Counted from the first letter of the stretch, positions 31,441 to 42,011 are shown. The stretch is 64,000 nucleotides of DNA from an uncultured Gammaproteobacteria bacterium (GCA_964496095.1 CAZBWU010000003.1:1901-65900); one strand, 5' to 3'. Numbers and translations: made by a program. The notes: generated by a model not told the origin, from the sequence alone.

Positions 31441-32643
31441 TTATTTTGTTTTTTGCATAGCACGCACTTGCGCCACTATCACTGGTAAATGTTTCATTGC
31501 ATAATCTATTTCTTGTTTGGTGTTATTATGCCCAACAGAAAATCGCAAAGCGCCTTTGGCTTCGGTATAAGTTCTACCCATCGCTTTGAGCACATGCGAA
31601 GCTTCTTGCAACCTACTAGAGCAAGCCGAACCGGTAGAACACATAATCCCCTTCGCGCTAAGATATAATAATAACGCATCACCTTCGGCTCCGGCAAAAG
31701 AAATATTGAGATTATTCGGCAATCTAGTTTCGCCAATCTCTGGACCATTTAATTCTATATCTGGAATCTGTTTTTTAATTTTTTCAAAAAAATATTTGGT
31801 TAGTTGGGTAGCTTGTTTAAATCTTTTGTCTTTTTCAGCCATCGCCAAACTTAAAGCTTTGGTAAAACCAACAATGGCTGGCAAGTTCTGGGTACCCGCG
31901 CGCAAACCCATTTCTTGCTCTCCACCAACTAACATCGGACTAATCGGCACACCTCGACGGACGTATAACACTCCAGATCCTTTTGGTCCGTAAATTTTAC
32001 TTCCAGACAAAGTCATTAGGTCGATATGAAGTTTTTCTACACTCAAATCCAAGTATTGAGTTGCTTGACAAGCGTCCGTATGAAAAAATGGATAAATAGT
32101 TTTATTTGTTTTTCGGTATTGCAAAATCTTGCGACCAATTTCGGCAATGGGAGCAATGCTGCCAACTTCGTTATTGGCATAGCCAATAGAAATCAAAACT
32201 GTTTCGGGTTTGATCGCTTTTATCACCTGATCAGCAGTTACCAAGCCCTCCCTACTAGGTTGAAGATACGTCACTTGCCAACCATAAGTCTGCAGTTCTT
32301 CTAAAGGCTTGAGAATAGCGCTATGTTCTATGGCGGTAGTGATAATATGTCCTGGCCGAGCAGATTTACTTACCGCTTTGGCTAATCCGTAGATGGCCAA
32401 GTTATCAGATTCAGTCCCCCCAGTCGTAAAAATTATATTGTCAGGCAAAGCGCCAATAAAACCTGCGACATCCTTGCTACATCTGACTAATTCTTTTTCC
32501 GCTTTTTGGCCTTCGGCATGCAAAGAAGAAGGGTTGGCAAAAACCTTATCAAAAATCGGACGCATCGCCGCCAAAACTCGAATATCAGTTGGAGTTGATG
32601 CGGCATTGTCTAAATAAATTGTTTTTATTTTTTTCTGTGGCAT
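31441..32643 (-). CDS. iscS: cysteine desulfurase (IscS/NifS type)
   Basis: YLDNAASTP, NPSS.H, K.YGPKG, STGSACSS. Confidence 0.9.
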   Translation of the reverse strand: MPQKKIKTIYLDNAASTPTDIRVLAAMRPIFDKVFANPSSLHAEGQKAEKELVRCSKDVAGFIGALPDNIIFTTGGTESDNLAIYGLAKAVSKSARPGHIITTAIEHSAILKPLEELQTYGWQVTYLQPSREGLVTADQVIKAIKPETVLISIGYANNEVGSIAPIAEIGRKILQYRKTNKTIYPFFHTDACQATQYLDLSVEKLHIDLMTLSGSKIYGPKGSGVLYVRRGVPISPMLVGGEQEMGLRAGTQNLPAIVGFTKALSLAMAEKDKRFKQATQLTKYFFEKIKKQIPDIELNGPEIGETRLPNNLNISFAGAEGDALLLYLSAKGIMCSTGSACSSRLQEASHVLKAMGRTYTEAKGALRFSVGHNNTKQEIDYAMKHLPVIVAQVRAMQKTK

Positions 32644-32648
32644 ACCAA

Positions 32649-33230
32649 TTAAAACGGCAATGTCAAATTAATATTCTTTTTCGCACTTGCATTTTCTTTT
32701 CCAGAATTAGGCATTTCAAAATTAACTGCAAAAGGCAAAACTTCACCGGTTAAATTTTTATAAAATAATTGTTTGTTATTCTTGCCAAATTCATAGACTT
32801 CTTTAGTCACTTTTACATCCTGCTCACAATATTTTTTTATTTCATCTATTTTACCTTCTTTCCACCATTTCATGGCCTGCAAACCATCTGCGCTTTTACT
32901 AATATCTAGCGTCGCCTCAGCCACATCGTTTAGTCTCAACCTTCGCCCGATAGAATCTTTGATAACTCGCAAAAGATCTAAACTCGGAAAAGCCAGTAAA
33001 TCTCCAGGATAATAACGATTAAGAATGGGAATATCAAAATGTTCACTATTATAACCGATTAGACAAGTAGCTTTTTCCAAAATAGGCCACAGTTTGCCTA
33101 GCTCATGCCGTTCAAAAGAACTATAAGCGTCTTTCTCATATTCATAGATAGAAACCACAGTTATTTCCATTGTAGTCAGGTCGGTAATATCGCCGATTGT
33201 TTCTATATCAAAGATGACTTCATTACTCAT
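32649..33230 (-). CDS. RNase H-like DEDD exonuclease (YprB-like)
   Basis: FDIET, IGYNSEHFDIP, YCEQDV. Confidence 0.8.
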   Translation of the reverse strand: MSNEVIFDIETIGDITDLTTMEITVVSIYEYEKDAYSSFERHELGKLWPILEKATCLIGYNSEHFDIPILNRYYPGDLLAFPSLDLLRVIKDSIGRRLRLNDVAEATLDISKSADGLQAMKWWKEGKIDEIKKYCEQDVKVTKEVYEFGKNNKQLFYKNLTGEVLPFAVNFEMPNSGKENASAKKNINLTLPF

Positions 33231-33301
33231 AATTTTTATTATAACTTGATATTTTACCGAAATACTATATCATAACTAGGCTATATTAACAATATAATTA
33301 T

Positions 33302-33700
33302 ATGTCCAAAAACATCGCCATAATCCTCGGAGAGTTCCATAAAAAAGAAGTGGCAGAAATGCTAAACGAAGCTCGCAAAATAGCCAAGGAAAATAATTTA
33401 AAAATTACAGAAGAAATTTGGGTTACCGGTTCCTATGAAAAGCCTTTAGCTTTGAAGCGGGTTTTGAAGAAGAAAAATATTGCGGGTGCGGTGCTGCTTG
33501 GTATTATTGAGCGTGGAGAAACCAAGCATGGTCTGGTTATGGGTCAAGTGGTCATGCAAGCTGTAGTTAATTTGGAACTAGAATTTATGAAACCAGTTGG
33601 TATTGGTATTTTGGGCCCAGAAATTTTACCTGAACAAATCAACCCTCGCTTATTACCACATGCCAGACAGGCGGTGTTGGCGGTGGCAAAAATGTTATAA
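33302..33700 (+). CDS. ribH: lumazine synthase-like protein
   Basis: IAIILGEFH, V.GSYE.PL, LG.I.RGETKH, PVG.GIL. Confidence 0.85.
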   Translation: MSKNIAIILGEFHKKEVAEMLNEARKIAKENNLKITEEIWVTGSYEKPLALKRVLKKKNIAGAVLLGIIERGETKHGLVMGQVVMQAVVNLELEFMKPVGIGILGPEILPEQINPRLLPHARQAVLAVAKML

Positions 33701-35917
33701 ATTTACAACCTTCAAAATCTTCTCCTTAATCCCCTCTGGTGACATCCCAGCCAAATCATAAACTTCTTTTACATTTCCAGATTTGAGGTAATGATTTATC
33801 CCGATGGCCTTTTGATTATAATTTTCTGTCAACATAAATGGATATAAAAACCCTGGCCAACCATTATGTAATGTGACAACTAGTTTTCTTTCTTCATCTG
33901 ACAAAATACTTTCCGCTTTTTCAGGATTTGTTTTTCTAAGGTCTTCAAATAATTCTGGCGAAGTGACAGCGATAATTTTTACATCAAGATTTTGTTTTTC
34001 AAGTTCTGGTAAAATTTCTAGAACATTTTGTAATATTTGGGAGCCGGAGATTACTAAGACGATTTTTTTATTGTTAGGAATAGATCCCTCGTCGGCTACG
34101 GCCTCGCTCGGGATGACAGTGTTGGAAAATTGTTTGTAAACATACGCACCGTTGCTAGATTCAATCGCTTTTGGCACACCATTAGACCTGTTCAAAACTG
34201 GCATTTCCGGCCTAGAGACAGACAAAACAATCGGTTCGCCTTTTTCTAAAGATGCAAAAAGCATCTCAATAGTCTCGTTGGCATCTAGGGGCTTGTAGAC
34301 CTTGATCCCAGGCAAAGCAGTATAAAGTGACATCCAATACATTCCCTGATGTGTAGGACCATCCTCGCCGGTTTCTGGACCATCGTGGGCTGCGAGTGCG
34401 ATAAAAAAGCCTTTCAATTCGGGGTTGAGCTGGTTGCCAATGACAGCCAAGCGAATAGCATTACCCATCATCGTAGTAAAGACTGCAAAAGTGCCAAACA
34501 CCGATACTGGTCTATACCCACCAGGCAAAACATCCATCGTCAGTCCTGCACCCATCATCGCCATATTTTGTTCGGCAATACCAAAGCGAATACCACGACC
34601 CAAAGGATTCTGTTTACTAATAATTCCATAAACTTCTTCGGCGCTATTGGTAAAGACAGATTTTGATAAGTCCCCTGCTCCGGCATAAAAAAACGCAGTC
34701 TGTTTCATAAACCAATTCATCCAGGCTTGTGCAGCTTTGCGAGTAGAAACTTTTTCTCCTTCTTTAAAAACTAATTCGGGAGGTAAATTTTTTGGACGAC
34801 GAATAGAAAGTGGATTAACAATCGGTCTACCTGCCAACGATTTTTTCATTTGATTTACCAATACTGATTCAGGTAAAACTTTTTTGGCACCCACTTCCAA
34901 TCTTTCTAAAATATATTTTTCATCTTCTGCGCTTATTTCACTCATCACAGTTTCTATATCAGACATCACGTCACCTTTTTTACCCTCTATAAAAAACCCT
35001 AATTGTTTCATTATCTCTACATAGTCATCATGCTTGACTGGTGAACCGTGAGAAGCAGCAGTGTTTTCTAGTTTGCCATAGCCTTTACCTTTGAGAGTAT
35101 GACACAGCACGACTGTCGGCTGATTATTTTCAAACCCTTGAGCTGCTAGGTGGTAGGCTTGCGCGACTTCTACAACATTATGACCGTTTACTTCTATCAA
35201 ATTCCAACCTAGCCCTAGCCAATGATTGATATATGGCGAAGAAATAACTTCTTCGATATCGGCGTCAATACCAAAATGATTATAATCCAAACTGACAATC
35301 AAATTTTTGAGACCATTGGTGGAGGCCAAATTGCGCGCTTCATAGGTCATACCTTCTTCGCTCTCGGCATCACCCATAAATACCCAAGTTTTGGTATCTA
35401 GTCCCGAGGCTTGGTGAGACATCGCAATTCCTACCGCTGCTGAAAAACCATGACCAGATGGGCCGGTAGTAAAATCAGAATAAGGATAACTAGACTCAGC
35501 ATGTCCTTGCGGACCATCGGCGTGACGGAAACGAATTAAGTCTTCTAATGTAGCTGCTTTGACCACGGCTTCAGAGAATTGCCGACCACCTCGACGCAAG
35601 ATTTCATAATACAAAGCTTGCCCGGCAAAAAGTAATGGTGTGCAGTGCCCTGCGCTCCAAATCAATCTGTCTCGGCCAGGATTTTTGGGCAACATTGGAT
35701 CATAAGCCAATACTCCACCCAAAGTCATAGCCAAAAATTGTTCTACCTTGCCACTACTACCAGGATGACCAGACTGCCCCGCTTCAACAGTGGCAAAAAT
35801 AAGGCCACGTAAAACTCTGGCTAACTTTTCCATCTTAGGAATATCTATACCTTCTAGATTTGTTATTTTTTTCTTTTGGAGGTTTAGGTATTGGGGGGCT
35901 GAGGGGTTTTTGGTCAT
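33695..35917 (-). CDS. tkt: transketolase (with in-frame repeat insertion)
   Basis: SGHPG, RDRLIWSAGH, GDAE..EG..YEA ThDP motif, GEDGPTHQ. Confidence 0.9.
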   Translation of the reverse strand: MTKNPSAPQYLNLQKKKITNLEGIDIPKMEKLARVLRGLIFATVEAGQSGHPGSSGKVEQFLAMTLGGVLAYDPMLPKNPGRDRLIWSAGHCTPLLFAGQALYYEILRRGGRQFSEAVVKAATLEDLIRFRHADGPQGHAESSYPYSDFTTGPSGHGFSAAVGIAMSHQASGLDTKTWVFMGDAESEEGMTYEARNLASTNGLKNLIVSLDYNHFGIDADIEEVISSPYINHWLGLGWNLIEVNGHNVVEVAQAYHLAAQGFENNQPTVVLCHTLKGKGYGKLENTAASHGSPVKHDDYVEIMKQLGFFIEGKKGDVMSDIETVMSEISAEDEKYILERLEVGAKKVLPESVLVNQMKKSLAGRPIVNPLSIRRPKNLPPELVFKEGEKVSTRKAAQAWMNWFMKQTAFFYAGAGDLSKSVFTNSAEEVYGIISKQNPLGRGIRFGIAEQNMAMMGAGLTMDVLPGGYRPVSVFGTFAVFTTMMGNAIRLAVIGNQLNPELKGFFIALAAHDGPETGEDGPTHQGMYWMSLYTALPGIKVYKPLDANETIEMLFASLEKGEPIVLSVSRPEMPVLNRSNGVPKAIESSNGAYVYKQFSNTVIPSEAVADEGSIPNNKKIVLVISGSQILQNVLEILPELEKQNLDVKIIAVTSPELFEDLRKTNPEKAESILSDEERKLVVTLHNGWPGFLYPFMLTENYNQKAIGINHYLKSGNVKEVYDLAGMSPEGIKEKILKVVNL
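34077..34118. repeat. half cruciform element (copy 4) inside tkt
   Basis: Exact 42-bp reverse complement of 18573-18614; encodes VIPSEAVADEGSIP. Confidence 0.9.
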
Positions 35918-35939
35918 AGAACAAACTAAAATTTTTAAA

Positions 35940-36353
35940 CTATGTCAAAATTATAATTGCAACTAACGCTCCTTGTTCCTTAATTCTGAAAGTTCCCCCT
36001 ACTTCATCTTGAAAAACTTCCTCTAATCTTTCGGGGTCATAAACAGCTATAGCTGGTTTACTATAACCACTGAGCGAAGTTGCGAATAAAAAAGGGTTTT
36101 CATGCCGATCTTCTTCAGGATTAAAATTTATTTCTGGTCTAGCATAAAAGATATTATCTGGATCTAACATCTGGTCTAGAGATTTTTTATTAGCATTAAA
36201 ACCGCAATATAAAAGACCCGGACGGTAAAATTTTTGTTTTTTTAATTCGTCAAGAAAAATGCTAATTTGTTGAGATTCGTCCCACCCTACTGATGTATCA
36301 ATTATAAATTTTAACGATTCAAGTTCTTTACCGTCTATTCGTTCAATTGTCAT
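35940..36353 (-). CDS. hypothetical protein
   Basis: 137-aa ORF co-oriented with neighbours. Confidence 0.6.
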   Translation of the reverse strand: MTIERIDGKELESLKFIIDTSVGWDESQQISIFLDELKKQKFYRPGLLYCGFNANKKSLDQMLDPDNIFYARPEINFNPEEDRHENPFLFATSLSGYSKPAIAVYDPERLEEVFQDEVGGTFRIKEQGALVAIIILT

Positions 36354-36382
36354 AAAAGCTCAACTTAATAGAGTAATTTTAA

Positions 36383-37003
36383 TTAATCATTTATTAGATT
36401 AATTCTTTTGGCACAAATATTTACTACCTCTTCTGCATTGCTTACACCACAAATACAGACTTCGTTTAGGAAAGCACGGTGTAGATCAAATCGGCTCATA
36501 GGTAACGGACCTGTTTTCATTTTTAAAACCACCACATTTTTTTCACTTCCACCAATCTTTGTACCATCGGCAAATTCCTTCCATTGAATTGAGTTTATCT
36601 TGCTTTTTTGAAGATGTATTAATCTGGTAGGCGTGCTTACAAAAATACCACTATTTTTAAACAAGGGTTTAATACCAAGCACTAGCAGAACAATTCCAGC
36701 CACTATCAAGGCACCAGCGAACACAACCGCCGAAGTGGCTTGCTCTAAATGGCCTGGAGAAACACGTTCAAACTGAAAATGTGTAATGAAATTTGAATAA
36801 AAATAAGCTTCTTTACCCTGAAAAATTCGTAAAAAATTATAGACCAAATCAGAAATTGACCACAAACAAATAGCTAATCCAAAAAGTATAAAGTACTTTG
36901 ATGTCTCAGCTATGTAAAAACCCTTGGACTCTAAAACAAAATCTGGTTTTTCAGAACCAATTATATCGTTTAATTCTGCCGGTAAGGGAATATTCTTGAT
37001 CAT
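36383..37003 (-). CDS. hypothetical 2-TM protein with PH-like C-terminus
   Basis: Two TM helices followed by 'FVSTPTRLI'. Confidence 0.6.
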   Translation of the reverse strand: MIKNIPLPAELNDIIGSEKPDFVLESKGFYIAETSKYFILFGLAICLWSISDLVYNFLRIFQGKEAYFYSNFITHFQFERVSPGHLEQATSAVVFAGALIVAGIVLLVLGIKPLFKNSGIFVSTPTRLIHLQKSKINSIQWKEFADGTKIGGSEKNVVVLKMKTGPLPMSRFDLHRAFLNEVCICGVSNAEEVVNICAKRINLIND

Positions 37004-37022
37004 AATTTAATAAATAATGTTT

Positions 37023-37150
37023 TTATTTTCTCCAGAACCTTTCCTGTTCAAACATCTACCCTTCCCACTTATAAAATTTCTAAATAATTACAAAAAGTTA
37101 ACGGCATACTGGTTCTAATTGTATCATTTTCTACTTTGCACTACAAATTA
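37023..37150 (-). pseudogene. degenerate copy of the 3' end of the sulfatase gene
   Basis: Aligns by eye to 37975-38100 (CCACTTATAAAATT, AAAGTTAACGGC, TGTATCATTTT) with indels. Confidence 0.7.
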
Positions 37151-37261
37151 ATCTCCCGGCCGGGATTTCTTGGTAATATCAATACCTCCTAGGTTTGGTT
37201 TTTTTCTTTTGAAGATTTAGGTATAAAAAATGAAAGGTTAGTTAAGGGAATATTTTTTTAA

Positions 37262-37633
37262 TTACTTTTTTGGAATTATAGAAATAGGTAAATAAATTAC
37301 TTTGGCTTCTTTGCCAGTTTCAAGCCCATCTTCCCTTGCCTCTCTTTCAGGCATTTTAAGAAAAGCTCGAACATTACGGGTGGCTTCATGGATTTCTTCC
37401 GAGGGTATATATAAATCCCGTAACTGCATGGTGAAACTTATCCATGCTTTATTAATCACTTGTGTAATATCATTGGGATTGGACACCCCTTTCTTTGCAT
37501 CAAAATAACAAACAAAAAACTTATCCTTTAAATCTTTTTCACTATTACCAGAAAGCAAACTCAGCTTTCGGATTATAGGATTAGTTATTTTTGAAATCAA
37601 CTGCTTCTCAATATTAGAAATATCGCCAATCAT
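37262..37633 (-). CDS. hypothetical protein
   Basis: 123-aa ORF, no recognised motif. Confidence 0.55.
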   Translation of the reverse strand: MIGDISNIEKQLISKITNPIIRKLSLLSGNSEKDLKDKFFVCYFDAKKGVSNPNDITQVINKAWISFTMQLRDLYIPSEEIHEATRNVRAFLKMPEREAREDGLETGKEAKVIYLPISIIPKK

Positions 37634-37650
37634 AAAATAAACTTAACTCC

Positions 37651-37968
37651 CTATTTGCCTCTGTATTTTTTAGTGATAAATTTAGCAATTCTATAAACGT
37701 AGAAAAAAATAAATCCATAAATTAGAACGGTAAGGATAGCCATCGCAAAATATATCCAAGCTTCGAAATCATCCTTAAAATAATACTGCCCAAAAGCACC
37801 AAACATTAGTCCTCCAAGAACAAAAGCTACTGGTAATGCTAAAAATGCAGGAGCAAAGAAAAAATCCAACCCCGGTTCATTTCTAAAGATAATTAGAATA
37901 ACCCCGAATAAACAGCCGGCGAGAAAAAAATGTAACTCCCTTGATCTAATTATACTTCCTACATTCAT
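37651..37968 (-). CDS. hypothetical 3-TM protein
   Basis: Three hydrophobic segments. Confidence 0.6.
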   Translation of the reverse strand: MNVGSIIRSRELHFFLAGCLFGVILIIFRNEPGLDFFFAPAFLALPVAFVLGGLMFGAFGQYYFKDDFEAWIYFAMAILTVLIYGFIFFYVYRIAKFITKKYRGK

Positions 37969-37974
37969 AAGATT

Positions 37975-40359
37975 TTATATTCCCCAAAATCTACCTTCCT
38001 GAAACATCTGTCGTTTCCACTTATAAAATTCTAAATATTCACACAAAGTTAACGGCGTACTAGAATTAACTGTATCATTTTCCACATCACACTTCAAATC
38101 ACTTGGAATCTGATAACTTACGTTACGTTTTCCATTTTCTTCTTGATTAATATACAAGCCGTATTCATGCATGCCCAAAATATTTTGATATTTTTCTCTA
38201 TCATCAAAAATTGAATGACCTTCAAAATTATTTTCCGGATTAATATTTAAAATTTGTAATAAAGTGGGAGCGATATCTATACTAGAAGAATAGAGGTTAA
38301 CTTCTTTTGACAATGTCGGTTGTCTGTCATTCTGAGCGGAGTGAAGAATCTTTCCGTTTGAAAGCTCTTGCTCGGAAAGATCCCTCGTCGCCTTTAAAGG
38401 CTCGCTCGGGATGACAGTTGTTGATTGTGGCACGTACATCATCAACATGTTTTCATCATAAAAACTCAGTTTTTTTGCATCTGCAGGAAATAAATTTTTA
38501 ATCTCAGCTCCTGGAAAGGCTGAGTGATCTGCTACTGCCACCACAATTGTATTGTCGTAATATTCACTATTTCTGAACTGCTCCCAAAACTGACCAAAAG
38601 CATCGTCGGCTGTATAGTATGAATTTAAAACATTATTTTTACCATCTCCATACATAATCATATCTTTGGCCAAATCAAATGGCGGATGCGTATCTACCGT
38701 GGAGAGCATCATTAAAAATGGCTCTTCTTGTTTTTTACTAATTAATTTTCTTTCTACCATATCCCACATAAAATTAAAAAGTTGGTGATCCGAATAACCC
38801 CAAGATAACGGTTCGTTTCCCGTTAGTTTTTTAATCTCTGCTTGTCCATAGATATTTTCCACATCCATACTTCCAAAAATCGAAGCTTTGTTTTCAAATT
38901 CTTTAGGTACGGCGGTGATATAAGTGTTGTAATAACCATTTTCTTTCAAGATGTTTGACAAACAAAGCAAACGTAGTCTCTGTAAATTTTTATTATCTTC
39001 TATCTCAGTATAACCGGTCGGAGGCAAAAAAGAACAAAGCTGAGCCAGAATACCGTTGATAGTCGGTGTTGAAGCGTTAAAATAATTTTTAAAAATAGTT
39101 GTGTGCGGATCGTTAGCCATTTTTTCTAAGTTAGGTGTGAGTCCTGATAAATTTTTGTTGTAAACACTTGTCAATCGACTGGAGAAAGATTCAAAAAAAA
39201 GAATAATAACATTTGGCTTTTGCTTGATTAAATCTTCTGGCAAAAGTTTTTTAACGGCAGTGAAAACCTTATCTCGATGCGCCAAATCAAACCGATCGGT
39301 GTCATAAAACAGACCAAATTTTTCTAACTTTTGTTTTACCACTGGACTTAAAACTGCCTCTGATTTGTCACCTTTAAAAAATTCATAAAAATTTCTGGCG
39401 ATTGTATATTCCGGAGTGTTTTGGAAAGAACTTAAGCCCAACAAAGACACCAGCGCCACCGCAATCAAAGCCATACTATAATATGACCATTGGCGAAAAG
39501 AACTTTTTTGATATGATTTAATAATTTGACGAAAGATTAAAATAAAAATTATAAGAACTAATACACCAATAGATCCAACCAGAATACTAAAACTATTCAA
39601 CGTAACACCCGATGAACCTTGGGCCACTTCTAGCATTAAAGGACTAAGATAAAGCCCTGTAAAATATAAAATACCTATGTTTGCAACCCATACAGACAAA
39701 ATTAAAACAAAAAACAAAACCCATAATCCTAAAACTAAATAACGCCAAATTGATTTTGTTTTCGAGTAAATCAGCGTAGCTAGAGCAAAACCCAAAATCA
39801 AAAACATGGTCATTGCCCAAGCGCGGAACAAAACTATGTTATGAAATTTTAAGTAGTTGTCAAAGTTGGCCAGACGAAATGCTAAATATTGAAACACGGA
39901 AAAGAAAATAAACAAGAAAAAAATTAAAGTAAAAATATTTTTGTTTACCAACTTCCACTGATGAGCGTCGGGATGAAAGGAAATATATTTTTGGGTTCGC
40001 CAGAAAAACAAACCCATTAGCAACAAAAATACTACTAGACTCAAAATTTGATTTGGACTAAAAAATACCAAGAAAAAAAGTGAGAAATAAAAAAACAGGT
40101 TGTCTAAAAATAAACCGAATTCTTTTTGCCAAAAAATATGGCGATTAAATTTGGCAGTAAAGAAATGATAGGACCACTTGAAAATATGGTAGCCGACAAA
40201 AACCGTAATCCAAATCACAAACACCTTAATCAAAAAAGGGTTATAGGGTTTATGTTTGAAGTGGTACCAGCTCCAACCAGAGGAAATAATAAAAGAACCG
40301 GCTAAGGTCTGCACTATCCCCCACCAAGATTTAAGTTTACCGAAGATTGTTTTAAGCAT
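37975..40359 (-). CDS. LTA synthase/sulfatase-family membrane protein
   Basis: Multi-TM N-terminus; PNVIILFFESF, TPT nucleophile, TVDTHPPF, VADH. Confidence 0.85.
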   Translation of the reverse strand: MLKTIFGKLKSWWGIVQTLAGSFIISSGWSWYHFKHKPYNPFLIKVFVIWITVFVGYHIFKWSYHFFTAKFNRHIFWQKEFGLFLDNLFFYFSLFFLVFFSPNQILSLVVFLLLMGLFFWRTQKYISFHPDAHQWKLVNKNIFTLIFFLFIFFSVFQYLAFRLANFDNYLKFHNIVLFRAWAMTMFLILGFALATLIYSKTKSIWRYLVLGLWVLFFVLILSVWVANIGILYFTGLYLSPLMLEVAQGSSGVTLNSFSILVGSIGVLVLIIFILIFRQIIKSYQKSSFRQWSYYSMALIAVALVSLLGLSSFQNTPEYTIARNFYEFFKGDKSEAVLSPVVKQKLEKFGLFYDTDRFDLAHRDKVFTAVKKLLPEDLIKQKPNVIILFFESFSSRLTSVYNKNLSGLTPNLEKMANDPHTTIFKNYFNASTPTINGILAQLCSFLPPTGYTEIEDNKNLQRLRLLCLSNILKENGYYNTYITAVPKEFENKASIFGSMDVENIYGQAEIKKLTGNEPLSWGYSDHQLFNFMWDMVERKLISKKQEEPFLMMLSTVDTHPPFDLAKDMIMYGDGKNNVLNSYYTADDAFGQFWEQFRNSEYYDNTIVVAVADHSAFPGAEIKNLFPADAKKLSFYDENMLMMYVPQSTTVIPSEPLKATRDLSEQELSNGKILHSAQNDRQPTLSKEVNLYSSSIDIAPTLLQILNINPENNFEGHSIFDDREKYQNILGMHEYGLYINQEENGKRNVSYQIPSDLKCDVENDTVNSSTPLTLCEYLEFYKWKRQMFQEGRFWGI
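38325..38416. repeat. cruciform element copy 5, in-frame inside the sulfatase gene
   Basis: TGTCATTCTGAG...CTCGGGATGACA; encodes VIPSEPLKATRDLSEQELSNGKILHSAQND. Confidence 0.9.
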
Positions 40360-40363
40360 TAAA

Positions 40364-40723
40364 TTAGAGCTCGATTTCGTATTCTTTGGCTTGGCGTCTT
40401 TGTTTCTTTTCTTTTTCAGTGACTCTTTGTTTCATTTTATATTTTTTAAGTTCTGATTCCAAGTAATCACGAATCATATCAATGGCTTTGTAAAGTGTGT
40501 CAGCTGATTTGGAAGCAAACAGATCCTTGCCAGCGACTTGTAATTTATACTCTGCAAAAAACATATCCCCTTTGGTGTGGTGTTTACTGTTTATACCCAC
40601 CACTACCTCAGTACGAATAATGCCGTTATTGTAAAATTTATTTAATGACTCGGCTTTTTTGGTAGCATACTCTTTGATAGCGTCTGTGAGATCCATGCCT
40701 CGGCCTGTTATTTGTGTTTTCAT
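40364..40723 (-). CDS. hpf: ribosome hibernation factor HPF/RaiA
   Basis: ITGRGMDLTDAIKEYA..K, LYKAID. Confidence 0.88.
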   Translation of the reverse strand: MKTQITGRGMDLTDAIKEYATKKAESLNKFYNNGIIRTEVVVGINSKHHTKGDMFFAEYKLQVAGKDLFASKSADTLYKAIDMIRDYLESELKKYKMKQRVTEKEKKQRRQAKEYEIEL

Positions 40724-40742
40724 ACTAGAATGAATTAATTTC

Positions 40743-40821
40743 TGTCATCCTGAACGCACTGAAGGATCTCTATCAGTTCTTAAAAATTGGACAGAGATTC
40801 TTCGCGTTGCTCAGAATGACA
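40743..40821. repeat. cruciform element copy 6 (murB-hpf intergenic)
   Basis: TGTCATCCTGAA...GAAGGATCTCT...AGAGATTCTTC...CTCAGAATGACA. Confidence 0.88.
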
Positions 40822-40829
40822 TTTTTAAA

Positions 40830-41777
40830 TTATTTAACTATTTGTACTTCTGGCTCCAATTCTATTCCATATCTATCATACACTTTTTGCTTAATCTTTT
40901 CAACCAAACCTAAAACATCCGCTTGGGTGGCATGATCAAAATTTATTAAGTAGTTGCCGTGCTCATCTGAAATCTTGGCTCCACCCACTGCCAAACCGCG
41001 CAAACCTAACTGTTCCGTAAGCCAACCCACAGGCACAGTACCTCTTTTTAAAAATAATTCTGGTAAATCTTTTGTATCCTGCACCCACTGATGTAATTTG
41101 ATATTTTTAAAGAAACTGCCAGCCGAAGGAAAAGCTGTGTGTTTGCGTTGTTTGAGGTATCCTTGCATCCTCTCCATAATTTCTGCCTTATCTCCCGGTT
41201 CCAAATAAATTTCTCCGCGTAAAATAATATCTTTATTATGTTTAAAATCACTATTGCGATAACTAAAACCACACTCTTCTACTTTGAGCCTTATTACTTC
41301 TCCATCACGCCACACTTCTGCCCAAGTTAAATTATTTTTTATTTCTTTTCCCATCGCTCCCGCATTGCCCCGAATCGCTCCACCAAAGGTACCTGGAATA
41401 CCAATCGCCCAATCAAACCCTGTCAGACTGTTCTGAGATGCCAAATTAACCACAGCACTAAGTTTTACTCCAGCTTCAGCTTCTATCAGCATCCCATTAC
41501 CGCTAGGTGTTATTTTTGGCGCAGTATTTGTAGAAATTTTGACTACGACCCCGTCGAAACCATCGTCACTCATAAGTAGATTGGACCCACCTGCAACCAC
41601 AAAATAATCCAACCCCTCAGCGCTTAGATAGTTAAATAACCCAACAAGCTTATCAGTTTTAGTCACATTAACAAACAGACGAGCAGGACCGCCGATTTTG
41701 AAGGTCGTATGTTTTGTTAAAGATTCATTGATTTTAACATCGCCGAATTCTTTGAGTTTTTGGTATTGTTCGTCCAT
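40830..41777 (-). CDS. murB: UDP-N-acetylenolpyruvoylglucosamine reductase
   Basis: HTTFKIGGPA, GGSNLL, GIPGTFGGA..NAGA, SAGSFFKN, LEPEV. Confidence 0.96.
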   Translation of the reverse strand: MDEQYQKLKEFGDVKINESLTKHTTFKIGGPARLFVNVTKTDKLVGLFNYLSAEGLDYFVVAGGSNLLMSDDGFDGVVVKISTNTAPKITPSGNGMLIEAEAGVKLSAVVNLASQNSLTGFDWAIGIPGTFGGAIRGNAGAMGKEIKNNLTWAEVWRDGEVIRLKVEECGFSYRNSDFKHNKDIILRGEIYLEPGDKAEIMERMQGYLKQRKHTAFPSAGSFFKNIKLHQWVQDTKDLPELFLKRGTVPVGWLTEQLGLRGLAVGGAKISDEHGNYLINFDHATQADVLGLVEKIKQKVYDRYGIELEPEVQIVK

Positions 41778-41790
41778 AATTTCTTGTCAT

Positions 41791-41899
41791 TGTCATTCCG
41801 AATCCCCCTTGTGGGGTGAGGAATCTATTCATTAACTTTAAGGTACTAAAATGTATAGATCCCTCGTCAGCCGCAGGAGCGGCTTCGCTCGGGATGACA
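41791..41899. repeat. cruciform element copy 7 (upstream of murB)
   Basis: TGTCATTCCGAA...GAGGAATCTAT...ATAGATCCCTC...CTCGGGATGACA. Confidence 0.88.
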
Positions 41900-41987
41900 A
41901 CGGTACTACAACCTTGCTTTTACGCCCTTTTTAGGCTATTATATTCATCAGTATATATCATTTGATGATATAATTGCAATTCGCTCG

Positions 41988-42011
41988 GAATAGCTTACAA
42001 GTAAGCTATTC
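41988..42011. promoter_or_regulatory. perfect palindrome in a divergent intergenic region (operator-like)
   Basis: GAATAGCTTAC-AA-GTAAGCTATTC. Confidence 0.45.
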
